Assembly (NCBI GenBank): GCA_965199715.1
Contig: OZ241322.1
Location: 1,920,001-1,984,000 of the forward strand
DNA from: Vicinamibacteria bacterium
GTDB lineage: Bacteria; Acidobacteriota; Vicinamibacteria; Marinacidobacterales; Marinacidobacteraceae
Direction: 5' to 3'
DNA length: 64,000 bases
Positions 49,296-61,010 of this stretch are shown here, in pieces (within the stretch, counting starts at the first letter, position 1; every line of letters begins with the position of its first letter). The position numbers were made by a program, and so were the translations under genes. Under the pieces are notes generated by a model. It saw only the letters and a program-made list of their open reading frames with translations, had not been told where the DNA came from and made no database searches.

Positions 49296-49646
49296 ATGCC
49301 CGACGTGACCTGGCGGTACCACCGCCCGGGTTGAACGAGCTGCAAGCGGACGCAGGAGTTTCTTGCGGAACATGACGTCGCGGACGGGGAAGTCCACAGC
49401 GCCACGCGGAACCCGATTGCCGGCTCCGACTCGCTGGCCGCGCTCGAGGGAGTCGCCGAGCTGCTGGTCGCGAAGGGTCGGAAGTACGAGACCCACGACC
49501 TGACCGGCGGCCTGCCGGACGACCCCGAGTCGCTCCTGCTGGGGCGCTCGGGCAAGCTGCGCGCCCCGACGCTTCGGGTCGGCGACCGGCTGCTCGTCGG
49601 CTACAACCGGAAGATGTTCGAGGCCGTCTTCGGCGTGGGCGGCTGA
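49296..49646 (+). CDS. ArsC/Spx-like thioredoxin-fold selenoprotein (UxxC), 116 aa
   Basis: GAGGA RBS then [15 protein letters not shown](49332)[10 protein letters not shown]...[24 protein letters not shown]. The TGA sits at the first Cys of the CxxC site and ArsC-like homology continues past it. Confidence 0.85.
49351..49367 (+). promoter_or_regulatory. Putative bacterial SECIS hairpin
   Basis: CGCAGGA-GTT-TCTTGCG: 7-bp stem (one G-U pair) with a G-led loop about 24 nt downstream of the in-frame UGA. Confidence 0.55.
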
Positions 49647-49812
49647 ACGCGGGCGCGCCCGCCGCGCATCGAACGTCCGGACCCGTTCGTCGCCGACGAC
49701 CCGCGGAGGGAGCGTTCCGAAAGATCGACTCGCTCGTGACGCGGATTCCGCCCAACCACGCGGCCTGATCGCAGCCGGCGCCGCCCGGCCGGCGTGCTAC
49801 TTTCTCCGCGCC

Positions 49813-51747
49813 GTGAGCCGCCGCCCCTTCGACGACGTCGATCGTCTCGCCGTGAACGCCCTGCGGGGCCTCGCCATCGACGCCGTCGAACGAGCGAATT
49901 CGGGGCATCCGGGGCTGCCGCTCGGCGCCGCTCCGATGGCGTGGGTCCTCTGGAGTCGGTTCCTGCGCCACGCGCCCTCCGATCCCGGCTGGCCCGACCG
50001 CGACCGCTTCGTGCTCTCCGCCGGCCACGGCTCGATGCTGCTCTACGCGCTGCTGCACGTCTTCGGCTATCCGGTCTCGCAGGGCGACCTGCGCCGCTTC
50101 CGCGTCTGGGGGAGCGTCACGCCGGGGCACCCGGAGAGCTTCGCCACGCCCGGAGTCGAGGCCACGACCGGGCCGCTCGGGCAAGGAGCCGGAAACTCGG
50201 TCGGCATGGCCATCGCCGAGCAGGCGCTGCGGACCGAGTTTCCCGGCCTCCAGGACCACCGGACGTTCGCGCTCGTGTCCGACGGCGATCTCATGGAGGG
50301 CGTCGCGCACGAGGCGGCCTCGCTCGCCGGCCAGCTTCGGCTCTCCCGCCTGACCTGGCTCTACGACGCCAACGACGTCACGCTCGACGGCCCGGCGTCC
50401 CTCGCCTTCGACCGGGAGGACGTGGCCGCCCGCCATCGCGCCCTCGGCTGGCACGTCCAGACGGTCGAGGACGGGAACGCCGACCTCGACGCGATCGAAG
50501 CCGCGCTCCAGGCCGCGACCGAGGACGACCGCCCGTCGCTCATTCGCATCCGCACCACGATCGGCTTCGGCTCCCCGGCGAAGTCCGGCACCGCGGGCGC
50601 GCACGGCGCCCCGCTCGGCGGCGACGAGGCCCGACGGACCAAGGAAGCGCTCGGCCTCGACCCGGACGCCGCGTTCCACGCGCCCGAGTCCGTCCGCGAG
50701 CGGGCCGCCGCGTGCGCGGCCGAAGGAGAAGCCGCCCGCGAGGCGTGGAGCGGAGGCGAGGAACTGGAGCGCCGCTTGCGCAACCGGCTTCCCGAGGACT
50801 GGGACGCGGACCTCCCCGAGTGGGAGCGCGGCGCGAAGCTCGCCACCCGCACCGCGTCGGGCGAGACCATGAACCGGATCGCGGTCCGCGTGCCCGAGTT
50901 CCTCGGCGGCGACGCCGACCTCTCCACCTCGACCAAGACCGACCTCAAGTCCGCCCGCTCGCTCTCCGCCGCCGAACCGGGCGGACGCAACATCCATTAC
51001 GGGGTCCGCGAGCACGCGATGGGCGCGGCGGCCAACGGGATCGCGTACCACGGCGGGCTGCGCAGCTTCACCGCCACCTTCTTCTGCTTCGCCGACTACA
51101 TGCGGCCCTCGATCCGCCTCGCGGCGCTCGCCGGCCTTCCGGTCGTCCACGTCTTCACCCACGACTCGATCGGCGTGGGCGAGGACGGCCCGACCCACCA
51201 GCCGGTCGAGCACCTCATGTCGCTGCGGGCCATGCCCAACCTGCACGTGGTCCGCCCCGCCGACGCGAACGAGACCGTCGAGGCGTGGCGCCACGCGCTC
51301 TCCCGCACCGACGGCCCGACCGCGCTCGTCCTCAGCCGCCAGAACCTGCCGGTCGCGACCGACCGGGCGACGGCCCGGGGCCTCCACCGGGGCGGCTACG
51401 TCCTCGCGGGCGAGGGGGATCCGGACGTGGTCCTGATCGCGACCGGCTCCGAGGTCGCCGTCGCGCTCGAGGCCCGGGAGATCCTCGCCGGGGAAGGCGT
51501 CGAGGCCCGCGTGGTCTCGCTTCCCTGCTGGGAGCTCTTCACGAACGAGGACGGAGCGTTCCCGCCGGGCGTTCCCCGGGTCTCGGTCGAGGCCGGCGCC
51601 ACGCTCGGCTGGGAGCGCCACGTCGGCGACGGGCGCATGATCGGCGTGGACCGCTTCGGCGGCTCCGCTCCGGGGCCGACCGTCGCCGAGCGCCTCGGCC
51701 TCACCGCCGAGCGGGTGGCGGCCGCGGCGCGGGAGCTGCTTTCTTGA
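49813..51747 (+). CDS. tkt: Transketolase
   Basis: [60 protein letters not shown]. Confidence 0.96.
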   Translation: MSRRPFDDVDRLAVNALRGLAIDAVERANSGHPGLPLGAAPMAWVLWSRFLRHAPSDPGWPDRDRFVLSAGHGSMLLYALLHVFGYPVSQGDLRRFRVWGSVTPGHPESFATPGVEATTGPLGQGAGNSVGMAIAEQALRTEFPGLQDHRTFALVSDGDLMEGVAHEAASLAGQLRLSRLTWLYDANDVTLDGPASLAFDREDVAARHRALGWHVQTVEDGNADLDAIEAALQAATEDDRPSLIRIRTTIGFGSPAKSGTAGAHGAPLGGDEARRTKEALGLDPDAAFHAPESVRERAAACAAEGEAAREAWSGGEELERRLRNRLPEDWDADLPEWERGAKLATRTASGETMNRIAVRVPEFLGGDADLSTSTKTDLKSARSLSAAEPGGRNIHYGVREHAMGAAANGIAYHGGLRSFTATFFCFADYMRPSIRLAALAGLPVVHVFTHDSIGVGEDGPTHQPVEHLMSLRAMPNLHVVRPADANETVEAWRHALSRTDGPTALVLSRQNLPVATDRATARGLHRGGYVLAGEGDPDVVLIATGSEVAVALEAREILAGEGVEARVVSLPCWELFTNEDGAFPPGVPRVSVEAGATLGWERHVGDGRMIGVDRFGGSAPGPTVAERLGLTAERVAAAARELLS

Positions 51748-54503
51748 GCCTCGCCGACCACCCCTGGGCATCGTTCCTCCACGAGGTGAAGGCGCCCTCG
51801 CGCTACGCCGGCGGAGAACGCTTCGCCCGGGTGAAGCCGCCGGGCCCGGACATCCGCTCGCGCATGGCGTTCGCCTTTCCCGACGTGTACGACATCGGGA
51901 TGAGCCACCTCGGGGCCAAGATCCTCTACAAGGTCGTGAACGACCACCCGGATCTCGCGCTCGAGCGGGCGTTCTGCCCGTGGCCCGACATGGAGGAGCA
52001 GCTCCGCCGGCGCGGGCTCCCGCTCATCAGTCTCGAGACGCGGCGTCCGCTCTCGGAATTCGACCTCGTCGGGTTCTCGCTCCAGTACGAGCTCACGTTC
52101 ACGAACGTGCTCACCATGCTGGATCTCGGCGGGATTCCGATCCGCTCCGAGGACCGGGACGAATCGCATCCGCTGATCCTCGCCGGCGGGCCCGTCGCCA
52201 CCCACCCCGAGCCGCTCGCGCCCTTCGTGGACGCCTTCCTCGTCGGCGACGCCGAGGAGCGCCTTCCCCGGCTCATGCGCGACTGGGCCCGGCTCCGGGA
52301 CGAGGGCGTCGCCGACCGGGAGGAGCTCCTCTTCCGCCTCCAGCAGGGCGGGGGCCTCTACTGCCCGGCGCTCTACGAACGCGAGATCTGCCCCGAGTCC
52401 GGCCGGGCCGTCGTCGCCCGCGCCCGGCGCGAGGGCGTCCCGCTGAAGGTCGAGCGCGCCCTCGTCCCCGACATCGACCGCTATCCCTTCCCCGACGAGT
52501 CGCCGGTCCCCGTCGCCGAGGCCATCTTCGACCGCACCTCGGTCGAGATCGCCCGCGGCTGCACCGAAGGCTGCCGCTTCTGCCAGGCCGGGATGATCTA
52601 CCGCCCGGTGCGCGAGCGCGATCCGAAGGAAGTCGTGCGCACCGTCGTCTCCGCCGTCGAGAAGGGCGGCTACGACGAGGCCTCGCTGACGTCGCTCTCG
52701 ACGGCCGACTACTCCTGCGTCGCGCCCCTCATCAAGGAGGTCGCGAAGGAGCTCACCCCGAGGAAGGTCGCGCTCGGCGTGTCCAGCCTGCGCGCCTACG
52801 GACTCTCGGAGGACGTGCTCGACGACGTGTCCCAGGTCAAGGCCACCGGCCTCACCTTCGCGCCCGAGGCCGGAACCCAGCGGATGCGCGACGTGGTGAA
52901 CAAGAACATCAGCGAGGCGGACATCTACGAGACGTGCCGCCGAGTGTTCTCGCGGGACTGGGACAGCGCCAAGCTCTACTTCATGATCGGGCTGCCCACC
53001 GAGGAGGACGAGGACGTCCTCGGGATCGCCGCCATGGCCCGGCAGGCGCGGGAGGTCGGAGACTCGGTCTCGCAGCGCCGCGTCCGCATCACCGTCTCGG
53101 TCTCGAGCCACGTCCCGAAGCCCCACACCCCGTTCCAGTGGTGCGCCCAGGACGGGATGGCCGAGATCGACCGCAAGCAGTCGATGCTCCGCGACCGCGC
53201 CCGCAAGGACGGCTTCCGCCTCAAGACCCACGACCAGCAGGTGAGCTGGCTCGAGGGGATCTTCTCGCGGGGGGACGTCCGCGTGGGCCGGCTGCTCGAG
53301 ATCGCGTGGCGGAAGGGCGCCCGCTTCGACGGCTGGAGCGAATGCTTCGCTTTCGATCGCTGGACCGAGGCGCTCGACGAGTGGGAGGCCGAGACCGGCG
53401 TCCGCCGCGAGGAGTTCCTCGCCGCGCTCCCGGTGACCGGCCGGCTCCCGTGGGACCACATCGACGTCGGCCTCGCCGACGGCTTCCTGCTGCGGGAGTG
53501 GCGCCGGGCGCTCCGCCACCGGGGCTCCCCGCCGTGCGGGAAGCCGGTCGGCCAGCTCGTCCACCACGCGACCGTCCCCGACGCCGTGGCCGACGAGCGC
53601 CGCCTCGTCTGCTACCACTGCGGGGTCGCCTGCGACATGGACGCGATGCGCGAGGAGCGGATCGAGTTCCTCGAGTCCATGGGCGCGGACGGCGAGATCC
53701 GCCTTCCGGTGCTCCCGGCGGTCACGCCGGCGGCGGAGCCCGAACCGGTCCGCTACCGCGTCCGCTTCGAGAAGGTCGGGCCGATGGCGCTGCGGGGCCA
53801 CGGCGACCTCATCCGGGTGCTGCCGCGCATCCTCCGCCGCGCCGGCCTCCCGATCCGCTTCACCGAGGGCTTCTCGCCGCACCCCCAGATCAGCTTCGGG
53901 CCGGCGCTCCCGCTCGGAGTCCAGTCCCGCGCGGAATACTGCGAGTTCGCCCTCACGAAGGCGCTGCCCCCGGACGACCTGCTCGCGTCGCTTCAGGCGT
54001 CCACCGAGGAGGGCGTCCGCTTCCGCGAGGTCGCGCACGTCCCGCCCGGCGCAGCCCGCCTCGCGCAGTGGCTCGGAGCGCTCCGCTACGCGGTGCTGCT
54101 TCCGGCGGACGCCCCGAGGGAGCCGCTCGCCGCCCGCCTCGAGGCGTTCGCGGCGGCTTCGGCGTGGCCGCTGACGCTCACCCGCCGGGTGAAGCGCAAG
54201 CCGCGCCGCCGCCGCGACGGCCCCCGCGAGCGCCAGGTCGAGATCGACCTGCGGGCGGCGGTCGGCGGCGCGCGGATCGCGCCGGCGGGAGACGAGGCCG
54301 CGCTCCTCGGCTGCCCCGCCGCCCGCGCGACGCTGCGGTTCCGCATGGTCGCGAGCTCCGACGGCCCCTCCCCCCGCCCGGCCGAAGTGGCGCGGGAGCT
54401 GGCCGGCTACGAGCCGCTCGCGGTGGAGATCGTCCGCTGCGGGGCGGATCCGGCGCCCGGCGCCGTCGCGTCGGATCCGCCGGCCGCCCGCGAGCGGGCA
54501 TGA
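51744..54503 (+). CDS. TIGR03960-type B12-binding radical SAM protein fused to a DUF2344/TIGR03936-like domain
   Basis: [53 protein letters not shown]; C-terminal [28 protein letters not shown] start overlaps the tkt stop. Confidence 0.9.
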   Translation: MSLADHPWASFLHEVKAPSRYAGGERFARVKPPGPDIRSRMAFAFPDVYDIGMSHLGAKILYKVVNDHPDLALERAFCPWPDMEEQLRRRGLPLISLETRRPLSEFDLVGFSLQYELTFTNVLTMLDLGGIPIRSEDRDESHPLILAGGPVATHPEPLAPFVDAFLVGDAEERLPRLMRDWARLRDEGVADREELLFRLQQGGGLYCPALYEREICPESGRAVVARARREGVPLKVERALVPDIDRYPFPDESPVPVAEAIFDRTSVEIARGCTEGCRFCQAGMIYRPVRERDPKEVVRTVVSAVEKGGYDEASLTSLSTADYSCVAPLIKEVAKELTPRKVALGVSSLRAYGLSEDVLDDVSQVKATGLTFAPEAGTQRMRDVVNKNISEADIYETCRRVFSRDWDSAKLYFMIGLPTEEDEDVLGIAAMARQAREVGDSVSQRRVRITVSVSSHVPKPHTPFQWCAQDGMAEIDRKQSMLRDRARKDGFRLKTHDQQVSWLEGIFSRGDVRVGRLLEIAWRKGARFDGWSECFAFDRWTEALDEWEAETGVRREEFLAALPVTGRLPWDHIDVGLADGFLLREWRRALRHRGSPPCGKPVGQLVHHATVPDAVADERRLVCYHCGVACDMDAMREERIEFLESMGADGEIRLPVLPAVTPAAEPEPVRYRVRFEKVGPMALRGHGDLIRVLPRILRRAGLPIRFTEGFSPHPQISFGPALPLGVQSRAEYCEFALTKALPPDDLLASLQASTEEGVRFREVAHVPPGAARLAQWLGALRYAVLLPADAPREPLAARLEAFAAASAWPLTLTRRVKRKPRRRRDGPRERQVEIDLRAAVGGARIAPAGDEAALLGCPAARATLRFRMVASSDGPSPRPAEVARELAGYEPLAVEIVRCGADPAPGAVASDPPAARERA

Positions 54504-56212
54504 CGCCGCTTCTCGTCGTCGCGCTGCTGGCGATCCAGCCGGATCCCGACCTCCACGCGCTCTTCGACGAGTTCATGGAATTGCGCCGCGCCGAGGAGCC
54601 GCGCTTCGCCGCGTCGCTCGCCGGAACCGTCCCCGAGACGCTCGGCTCGATGACCCAGGCGGACATCGCCCGGCGCGCCGAAGCGGCGGCCGGACTTCGG
54701 GAGCGGCTGCTCGCGATCCCCGAGGATCGCCTGTCGCTCGACGACCGAGTGCACCGGGGCGTGTTCGAGGCCGCGCTCGACGAGCGGATCGGCGACGCCC
54801 GCTTCGCCTCCCACCTCATGCCGCTGAACGCCGATTCCGGCTTCCACATCGGCATGGCGCGCCTTCCGAACTCGGTCCCGCTGCGCAGCGTCGCGGACTA
54901 CGAGGGCTACATCGCCCTGCTGGCGGACGTCCCGCGCTGGTTCGAGGAGCACATGGACCTCATGCGGCTCGGGCTCGAGACCGGCATGACCGTCCCGCGC
55001 GTCGTGCTCGAGGGCTACGAGGTCACGATCGAGAGCCACGTCGTGGAGAACCCGGAGGAGAGCGTCTTCTTCGCGCCCTTCGCCGCGTTCCCCGACTCGG
55101 TGCCCGCCGCCGAGCGCGACCGGCTCCGGACGGACGGCGCCGCCGCGGTGCTCGAAGGACCCGTCCGCGCCTACCGCGAGTTCGTCGAGTTCTTCACCCG
55201 GACCTACCGGCCCGGGGCGCGCGCGACCATCGGCGCTTCCGACCTGCCCCGGGGCCGCGCCTACTACGCGTGGCTCGTCGGCCGCTTCACCACCCTCGAC
55301 CAGACCCCCGACCAGGTCCACCAGACGGGCCTGCGGGAGGTCGCCCGGATCCGCGCCGAGATGGAGGACGCGATGCGGGCGACCGGGTTCGAGGGCGAGT
55401 GGGAGGAGTTCCTCGACTTCCTGCGGACCGACCCGCAGTTCTACGTCGAGACCCCCGAGGCGCTGCTGCGGGAGGCCATGTGGATCGTCAAGCGGATGGA
55501 CGGCGCCCTGCCGCGCCTGTTCCGTTCGCTCCCCCGCCAGCCGTACACGGTCGAGCCGGTGCCCGACGCCATCGCCCCCAAATACACCGGCGGCCGCTAC
55601 GTCGGCGCCCCGCTCGACTCCACCGAGCCCGGCCGCTACTGGGTGAACACCTACGCGCTTGAGAGCCGGCCGCTATACACGCTCGAGGCGCTAAGCCTCC
55701 ACGAGGCGGTCCCCGGCCACCACCTCCAGATCGCCCTGACGAAGGAGCTGGACATGCCCGAGTTCCGCCGGCACTTCGGGATCGGGGCCTACAGCGAGGG
55801 CTGGGGTCTGTATTCGGAGCGGCTCGGCCTCGAGGTCGGGTTCTACGAGGACCCGTACAGCAATTTCGGTCGGCTCACCTACGAGATGTGGCGCGCCTGC
55901 CGGCTCGTCGTGGATACCGGGATGCACGCGTTCGGCTGGACCCGCGAGCGGACGATCGACTACCTCGAGGCGAACACCGCGCTCTCGCTCCACGAGATCA
56001 CGACCGAGACCGACCGCTACATCGCCTGGCCGGGCCAGGCGCTCGGCTACAAGATGGGCGAGCTCAAGATCCGCGAGCTCCGGACGCTCGCCGAGGACAC
56101 GCTCGGGGACGCGTTCGACTTGCGGGAGTTCCACGACCGGATCCTCCTGAGCGGACCGGTCACCCTACCGCTGCTGGACGACCTGATCCGGGCCTGGCTC
56201 GCCGGCTACTGA
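54500..56212 (+). CDS. DUF885 family protein (putative metallopeptidase)
   Basis: [48 protein letters not shown]. Confidence 0.92.
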   Translation: MTPLLVVALLAIQPDPDLHALFDEFMELRRAEEPRFAASLAGTVPETLGSMTQADIARRAEAAAGLRERLLAIPEDRLSLDDRVHRGVFEAALDERIGDARFASHLMPLNADSGFHIGMARLPNSVPLRSVADYEGYIALLADVPRWFEEHMDLMRLGLETGMTVPRVVLEGYEVTIESHVVENPEESVFFAPFAAFPDSVPAAERDRLRTDGAAAVLEGPVRAYREFVEFFTRTYRPGARATIGASDLPRGRAYYAWLVGRFTTLDQTPDQVHQTGLREVARIRAEMEDAMRATGFEGEWEEFLDFLRTDPQFYVETPEALLREAMWIVKRMDGALPRLFRSLPRQPYTVEPVPDAIAPKYTGGRYVGAPLDSTEPGRYWVNTYALESRPLYTLEALSLHEAVPGHHLQIALTKELDMPEFRRHFGIGAYSEGWGLYSERLGLEVGFYEDPYSNFGRLTYEMWRACRLVVDTGMHAFGWTRERTIDYLEANTALSLHEITTETDRYIAWPGQALGYKMGELKIRELRTLAEDTLGDAFDLREFHDRILLSGPVTLPLLDDLIRAWLAGY

Positions 56213-59200
56213 ATCCGCCTCCCCGGCGTCCACGGCGCCCCGGCGGCCGCAAGATCGGCCTCCAGCTCCGCGAGACCGTCGATCAGCTCCCCCAGGTCCG
56301 CCTCGATCCCGGCGAAGTCGGCCGCGGCGACCCGCAGGCTCTCCCGCTGGGTCGTCGTGGGCATGAGCCGGGTGTCCCAGTGGCCGCCAGCGACCTGTCC
56401 GGCCCGGTCCCGCACCGACGGCTCGGCGGGGTGGTTGCGCGACTGCCGCGCCGGGTCCCCGTTCAGCCGGACCTCGATCTCCGAGAGGTTCCCCAGAATC
56501 GAGTCCATGCGGGCGAAGAGCGCGGGATCGGCCGAGGGCGTCTCGACGAGCGCCGCGCGCAGATGCCGCAGCCGCTCGCGAACGCGGCGCGCCTCGGCGG
56601 CCGCCCCGTGCGCCTCGCGCAGCAGCGCGGCGGTCTCCTGCTGGAACGCCGCGACCGCGGCCGGATCGGTCCCCTCGGGCAGCGTCGGAACCGGCTTCAC
56701 CATGAAGCGCTGCGGCTCCCCGAGGCCCTGGACCCCGTCGCCGCCGACGGCGACGAGCCGGGCCTCGTACTCGCCGGGAGCCACGAGCGGCCCCCGGGGC
56801 GGGCGCACCCACGGCGGACTGAATCCCGGCGTCGTCAGGTTCACCGGGTTGGGCGGCGGCCCGCGCAGATCCCAGCTCACCCGGTGGACCCCCTTCTTCG
56901 CGCCGCCGGCCACGCGCCGGACGACCGTTCCGCCCGAGTCCCGAATCTCGACGAGCACGCTGGGCGCCGCCTCGAGGCCCTCGATCCGCAGCGCGTCGAA
57001 GCCGGGGAAGGGGACGTCCTCGCCCGCCTCGCGCGCCTCTTTCTCCCGTGCGCGCCTCGTCTCGCGGGCGGTCTTGAGATCCTCGGGCAGCCGGTAGGTC
57101 ACGACCGCGCCGAAGGGCGGGTTCTCCGCCACGTAGGCGGTGCTGCCCTGCGTCGGGCGTCCCGGGGCCTGCGCCGGAACCGAGGGCACGTACCACCAGG
57201 CGTCGCGCACCGGAAAGAGGGTCGGCTCCCCCGATTCCACGGCGGCCGCCATCTCCCGCAACGGCCCGTAGTCGTCGAGCACGTAGAACCCGCGCCCGAA
57301 CGTCGCGCCGACGAGGTCGTCGTCGCGCCGGTGGACCTTCAGGTCGCGGAACGCGATGGTCGGCGCTCCCTTGAGCGGCGCCCAGTTCTCCCCGCCGTTC
57401 AGCGAGACCCGCAGCCCGTGCTCGGTCGCGAGGAAGAGCAGGTTGGGATCCTCGTGGTCCTGCTGGATCGCCCACAGGATCGTCCGGTCGGGAAGGTCGC
57501 CCGCGATCGAGCGCCAGCTCGTTCCCATGTCGTCGCTCGCGAACAGGAACGGGCGGAAGTCGCCCATCTTGTGGTTGTCGGCGACGACGAAGATCGTCTC
57601 CGCTTCGTGGACCGAGAACTCCACGTCGTTGACGAACGACAGCGCCGGAAGCCCCGGCAGGTCCGCCGCCCGCGACCAGCTCGCGCCGCCGTCGGAGCTC
57701 GCGTGCACCAGCCCGTCGTCGCTCCCGGTCACGAGCGCCCCCGCCCGCACCGGCGACTCGCTGATCGCGGTTAGGGTCGCGTACCGGGACATCGCGCCGG
57801 TGTCATGCAGCGCGTCCACGCTCCAGATCCGGTCGTAGAACGGGAGTTCGTAGCGGTTCCGCCCGGTGGTGAGGTCGGGGCTGGCCGCCGTCCACGACTC
57901 CCCCCGGTCGTCGCTCCGCCATACCCGCTGCGAGCCGAACCAGACCCGGTCGGGGTCGTGCGGACTGAGCAGCAGCGGCGCGTCCCAGTTCCACCGCTCC
58001 GGCGGCTCGCCCGGGGCCGGAAGCGGCTGGATGTGGAGGACTTCCTCGTTGCGCCGATGCACCCGCTGCAGGTTGCCCTGCTGGGTCATCAGGTAGAGCA
58101 GGTCGGGGTCGCGGGGATCCATCGCGACCCCGTAGCCGTCGGCGCCGAGCGGGACGTACCAGTCCCGGTTGCGCACGCCCTCGACGTTCGTCGTGCGGGC
58201 CGGCCCGTGGACGGTGCCGAGATCCTGCGCCCCGCCGAGGATGTCGTAGAACGGCTCCCGGTCGTTCAGCGCCACCTTGTAGAACTGCGAGATGGGCATG
58301 TTCGGGAAGTGCCGCCACGTGGTTCCGCCGTCGAAGCTCTCGTACAGGCCGGCGTCGCTGCCTCCGAGCAGATGACGGGGATCCTCCGGGTCGATCCACA
58401 GCGCGTGGTTGTCGCTGTGCTTCTCCCGGCCGGTTCCGAGCACGTCGAACGAGCGCCCGCCGTCGCGGGTGACGTGGAAGAACACGTCCATCTGATAGAC
58501 GGTGTCCGCGTCGGTCGGATCGGCCTCGATCTCCTGGTAGTAGTGGGGCCCGGTGCCCCCGGAGATGTAGGAGTTGCGCTTCTCCCAACTCTCGCCCCGG
58601 TCGTCCGACCGGTAGAAGCCGCGCTCGTCGGCGTCCGCCTCGATCGTCGCGTACACGATCTCGGGCGCGGCCGGGGTCACGGCGAGGCCGATCTTGCCCA
58701 CGTCCCCCTTGGGGAGGCCGCGGGCGATCTTGCGGAACGTCGCCCCGCCGTCGGTGGACTTGTGGATCCCGGAGCCCGGCCCGCCGGCGAGGAAGGACCA
58801 CACGTGGCGCCGCCGCTGGTACGCCGCCGCATAGACGACGTCCGGATCGTCCGGCGCGAATTCGAGGTCGGTCGCCCCGACGTCGGGGCCCAGATCCAGC
58901 GTCCGGGTCCACGTGGCGCCGCCGTCCTCGGTGAGGAAGACCCCGCGCTCGCCGCCGCCGCTCCACAGCGGCCCCTCGGCCGCGACCAGCACCCGGTCGC
59001 CGTCGCGGGGGTCCACGAGGATCCGCCCGATGTGCTCGGACGCCTCAAGCCCCATCCGCTCCCACGAGCCGCCGCCATCCCGGCTCCGATACGCGCCGTC
59101 GCCCCAGCCGACGTGCCGTCCGCTCACGTTCTCGCCGGTGCCCGCCCACACCGTCTCCGGGTTCGAGGGGTCGAGCGCGACGGTTCCGATGGAGTAGGAC

Positions 59201-59445
59201 GGCTGGTCGTCGAAGATCGGCGTCCACGTCGTGCCGGCGTTCGTCGTCTTCCACAGGCCCCCCGATCCCACCGCGACGTACCAGGTCGTGGGCCGTTCGG
59301 GATGGACCGCCACGTCGGCGATGCGCCCGCCCATGAGCGCGGGTCCGACTTCCCGGAGCTTGAGGCCGCCGACGGCGTCGTCGATCTGCGCGGCGGCGGG
59401 GGCCGCGGCCAGCAGGAGGATGGCGAGAAGGCGGCTTCGTGCCAT
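56206..59445 (-). CDS. Large BNR/VPS10-like beta-propeller glycosyl-hydrolase-like protein
   Basis: Signal peptide, REVGPALMGGRIAD, many S/TxDGGxTW boxes, RWNWDAP, ATFGRGFYVLDD; AAGGAG RBS. Confidence 0.88.
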   Translation of the reverse strand: MARSRLLAILLLAAAPAAAQIDDAVGGLKLREVGPALMGGRIADVAVHPERPTTWYVAVGSGGLWKTTNAGTTWTPIFDDQPSYSIGTVALDPSNPETVWAGTGENVSGRHVGWGDGAYRSRDGGGSWERMGLEASEHIGRILVDPRDGDRVLVAAEGPLWSGGGERGVFLTEDGGATWTRTLDLGPDVGATDLEFAPDDPDVVYAAAYQRRRHVWSFLAGGPGSGIHKSTDGGATFRKIARGLPKGDVGKIGLAVTPAAPEIVYATIEADADERGFYRSDDRGESWEKRNSYISGGTGPHYYQEIEADPTDADTVYQMDVFFHVTRDGGRSFDVLGTGREKHSDNHALWIDPEDPRHLLGGSDAGLYESFDGGTTWRHFPNMPISQFYKVALNDREPFYDILGGAQDLGTVHGPARTTNVEGVRNRDWYVPLGADGYGVAMDPRDPDLLYLMTQQGNLQRVHRRNEEVLHIQPLPAPGEPPERWNWDAPLLLSPHDPDRVWFGSQRVWRSDDRGESWTAASPDLTTGRNRYELPFYDRIWSVDALHDTGAMSRYATLTAISESPVRAGALVTGSDDGLVHASSDGGASWSRAADLPGLPALSFVNDVEFSVHEAETIFVVADNHKMGDFRPFLFASDDMGTSWRSIAGDLPDRTILWAIQQDHEDPNLLFLATEHGLRVSLNGGENWAPLKGAPTIAFRDLKVHRRDDDLVGATFGRGFYVLDDYGPLREMAAAVESGEPTLFPVRDAWWYVPSVPAQAPGRPTQGSTAYVAENPPFGAVVTYRLPEDLKTARETRRAREKEAREAGEDVPFPGFDALRIEGLEAAPSVLVEIRDSGGTVVRRVAGGAKKGVHRVSWDLRGPPPNPVNLTTPGFSPPWVRPPRGPLVAPGEYEARLVAVGGDGVQGLGEPQRFMVKPVPTLPEGTDPAAVAAFQQETAALLREAHGAAAEARRVRERLRHLRAALVETPSADPALFARMDSILGNLSEIEVRLNGDPARQSRNHPAEPSVRDRAGQVAGGHWDTRLMPTTTQRESLRVAAADFAGIEADLGELIDGLAELEADLAAAGAPWTPGRRIQ

Positions 59446-59505
59446 GGTCACGCTCCTTCGAAGGGCGCTCCATCGTACACTCGCGACCCCGTAGAATCCC
59501 GCGCC

Positions 59506-60564
59506 ATGCGCGTTCTCCTCCCCGCTTCCCTGCTGATCCTCGGCTGCGGCGCTCCCGCCGAAATGGAGCCCGAACCCGAGCCCCAGACGGTCTCGCCGAA
59601 TGACGATTTCCCGAATCCGTTCGAGCCCGAAGCGATGTGGGGCGACCTCCCCGGTGACCGGATCTGGGGCGCGATCAGCGCCATCTACCCCGCCGCCGAC
59701 GGGAACATGTGGACCGCCGAGCGCTGCGGCCAGAACTGGTGCGGGGACCGGCCCGACGTGGACATGATCGTGCTTTTCACGCCCGAGGGCGAGGTCGTGC
59801 GCACCTTCGGCGCCGGCGTCATCGCGTGGCCGCACGGTATGTTCGTGGACGATGACGGGAATCTCTGGGTCGCTGACGCGACCGGCTTCGTGGAGCCCGA
59901 GGACGTCCCCGAGGGGCTCGGCCACCAGGTGGTCAAGTTCAGCCCCGAGGGCGAGGTGCTGATGGTGCTCGGCGAGCCCGGCGTCGCGGGCGACGGCGAC
60001 GGCCAGTTCCGGATGCCGTCGGACGTGCTGGTCGCTCCCGACGGGACGATCTTCGTGGCCGACGGGCACAACTCCAGCGGCAACAACCGCATCTCCAAGT
60101 TCTCGGCCGACGGCGAATACCTGACGAGCTTCGGCGAGACCGGGACCGACCCCGGCCAGTTCCGCGATCCGCACGCGCTCGCCATGGACTCGCAGGGCCG
60201 CCTCTTCGTCGGCGACCGCGGCAACAACCGCATCCAGCTCTTCGATCAAGACGGGAACTTCCTCGAGGAGTGGCTGCAGTTCGGACGTCCGAGCGGGGTC
60301 TTCATCGACGGCGACGACCGCATCTACGTCGCCGATTCGGAGTCCACCTCGGAAGCGAATCCGGGATTCGGGCGCGGGATCCGCATCGGCAGCGCCGCGG
60401 ACGGCGGCGTCAGCCACTACCTCCCCGACGACGTGTCCGACCTCGAGCCGGGCGCCGAGCCCGTGACCAGCGGCCCCGAGGGCGTCGCGGTCGACGCGCA
60501 CGGCGCGGTGTACGGCGGCGAGGTCCGCCAGCGGATGGTGCGGAAGTTCTCTCCCGCCCCGTAG
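59506..60564 (+). CDS. NHL-repeat lipoprotein (peptidyl-alpha-hydroxyglycine alpha-amidating lyase-like)
   Basis: LILGC lipobox; PHGMFVD, F..PSDV.V, FVADGH, F..PHALA.D, DRGNNRIQ.F repeats. Confidence 0.88.
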   Translation: MRVLLPASLLILGCGAPAEMEPEPEPQTVSPNDDFPNPFEPEAMWGDLPGDRIWGAISAIYPAADGNMWTAERCGQNWCGDRPDVDMIVLFTPEGEVVRTFGAGVIAWPHGMFVDDDGNLWVADATGFVEPEDVPEGLGHQVVKFSPEGEVLMVLGEPGVAGDGDGQFRMPSDVLVAPDGTIFVADGHNSSGNNRISKFSADGEYLTSFGETGTDPGQFRDPHALAMDSQGRLFVGDRGNNRIQLFDQDGNFLEEWLQFGRPSGVFIDGDDRIYVADSESTSEANPGFGRGIRIGSAADGGVSHYLPDDVSDLEPGAEPVTSGPEGVAVDAHGAVYGGEVRQRMVRKFSPAP

Positions 60565-60568
60565 GGTC

Positions 60569-61000
60569 TTACTCGGCGGCGATCGACACCGACATCAGGA
60601 ACCGGTAGTCGATCGCCAGGATCCGCTCCGTCTGCGCCGTCGGCTCGACTCCGAGCATCCGGATCTCGAGCCCCTCGAAGGTCCGGGTCGTCTCGCCGCT
60701 CGTGGGCACGCTCATCGCGAGCGAGTTCTGGAGGGTCGCGGTCTCCACGTCGAACGAGATCTCGAGGTAGCCGGGATCGGCGCAGGTCGCGCCCGCGGCG
60801 CAGCGGGAGTCCTGCCCCACGTGCAGCACGCTGATGTAGAGGTACTGCCCCGCGCCCGCGATCAGGCCGAGATCCCCGGCCCGCAGCACGAACGGCGCGT
60901 CGAAGGGCGCCTGGAACGTCGGCGTGGGCAGGCTGCTGGTCGTGCTCGTGCCGCAGCCGGCGAGCGCGAGGGCGGCGAGCGCGAGCCGCAGGAGCCTCAT
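60569..61000 (-). CDS. Hypothetical lipoprotein
   Basis: MRLLRLALAALALAGC lipobox; DSRC....C motif. Start set at ATG 61000. Confidence 0.75.
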   Translation of the reverse strand: MRLLRLALAALALAGCGTSTTSSLPTPTFQAPFDAPFVLRAGDLGLIAGAGQYLYISVLHVGQDSRCAAGATCADPGYLEISFDVETATLQNSLAMSVPTSGETTRTFEGLEIRMLGVEPTAQTERILAIDYRFLMSVSIAAE

Positions 61001-61010
61001 GCTGGCCATT

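Noticed and set aside
51744-54503. Second B12 radical SAM protein as part of the novel system
   Set aside because: It is a widespread housekeeping-context family, coupled to tkt, with core-like composition and 45 kb away.
38833-60501. Apparent giant fusion ORFs (38833-41943, 43027-46014, 44865-48791, 45999-49496, 49794-54503, 51980-56212, 56206-60501)
   Set aside because: Only the C-terminal parts are real genes. The N-terminal extensions are stop-free alternate frames of neighbouring genes, and internal starts fit operon spacing.
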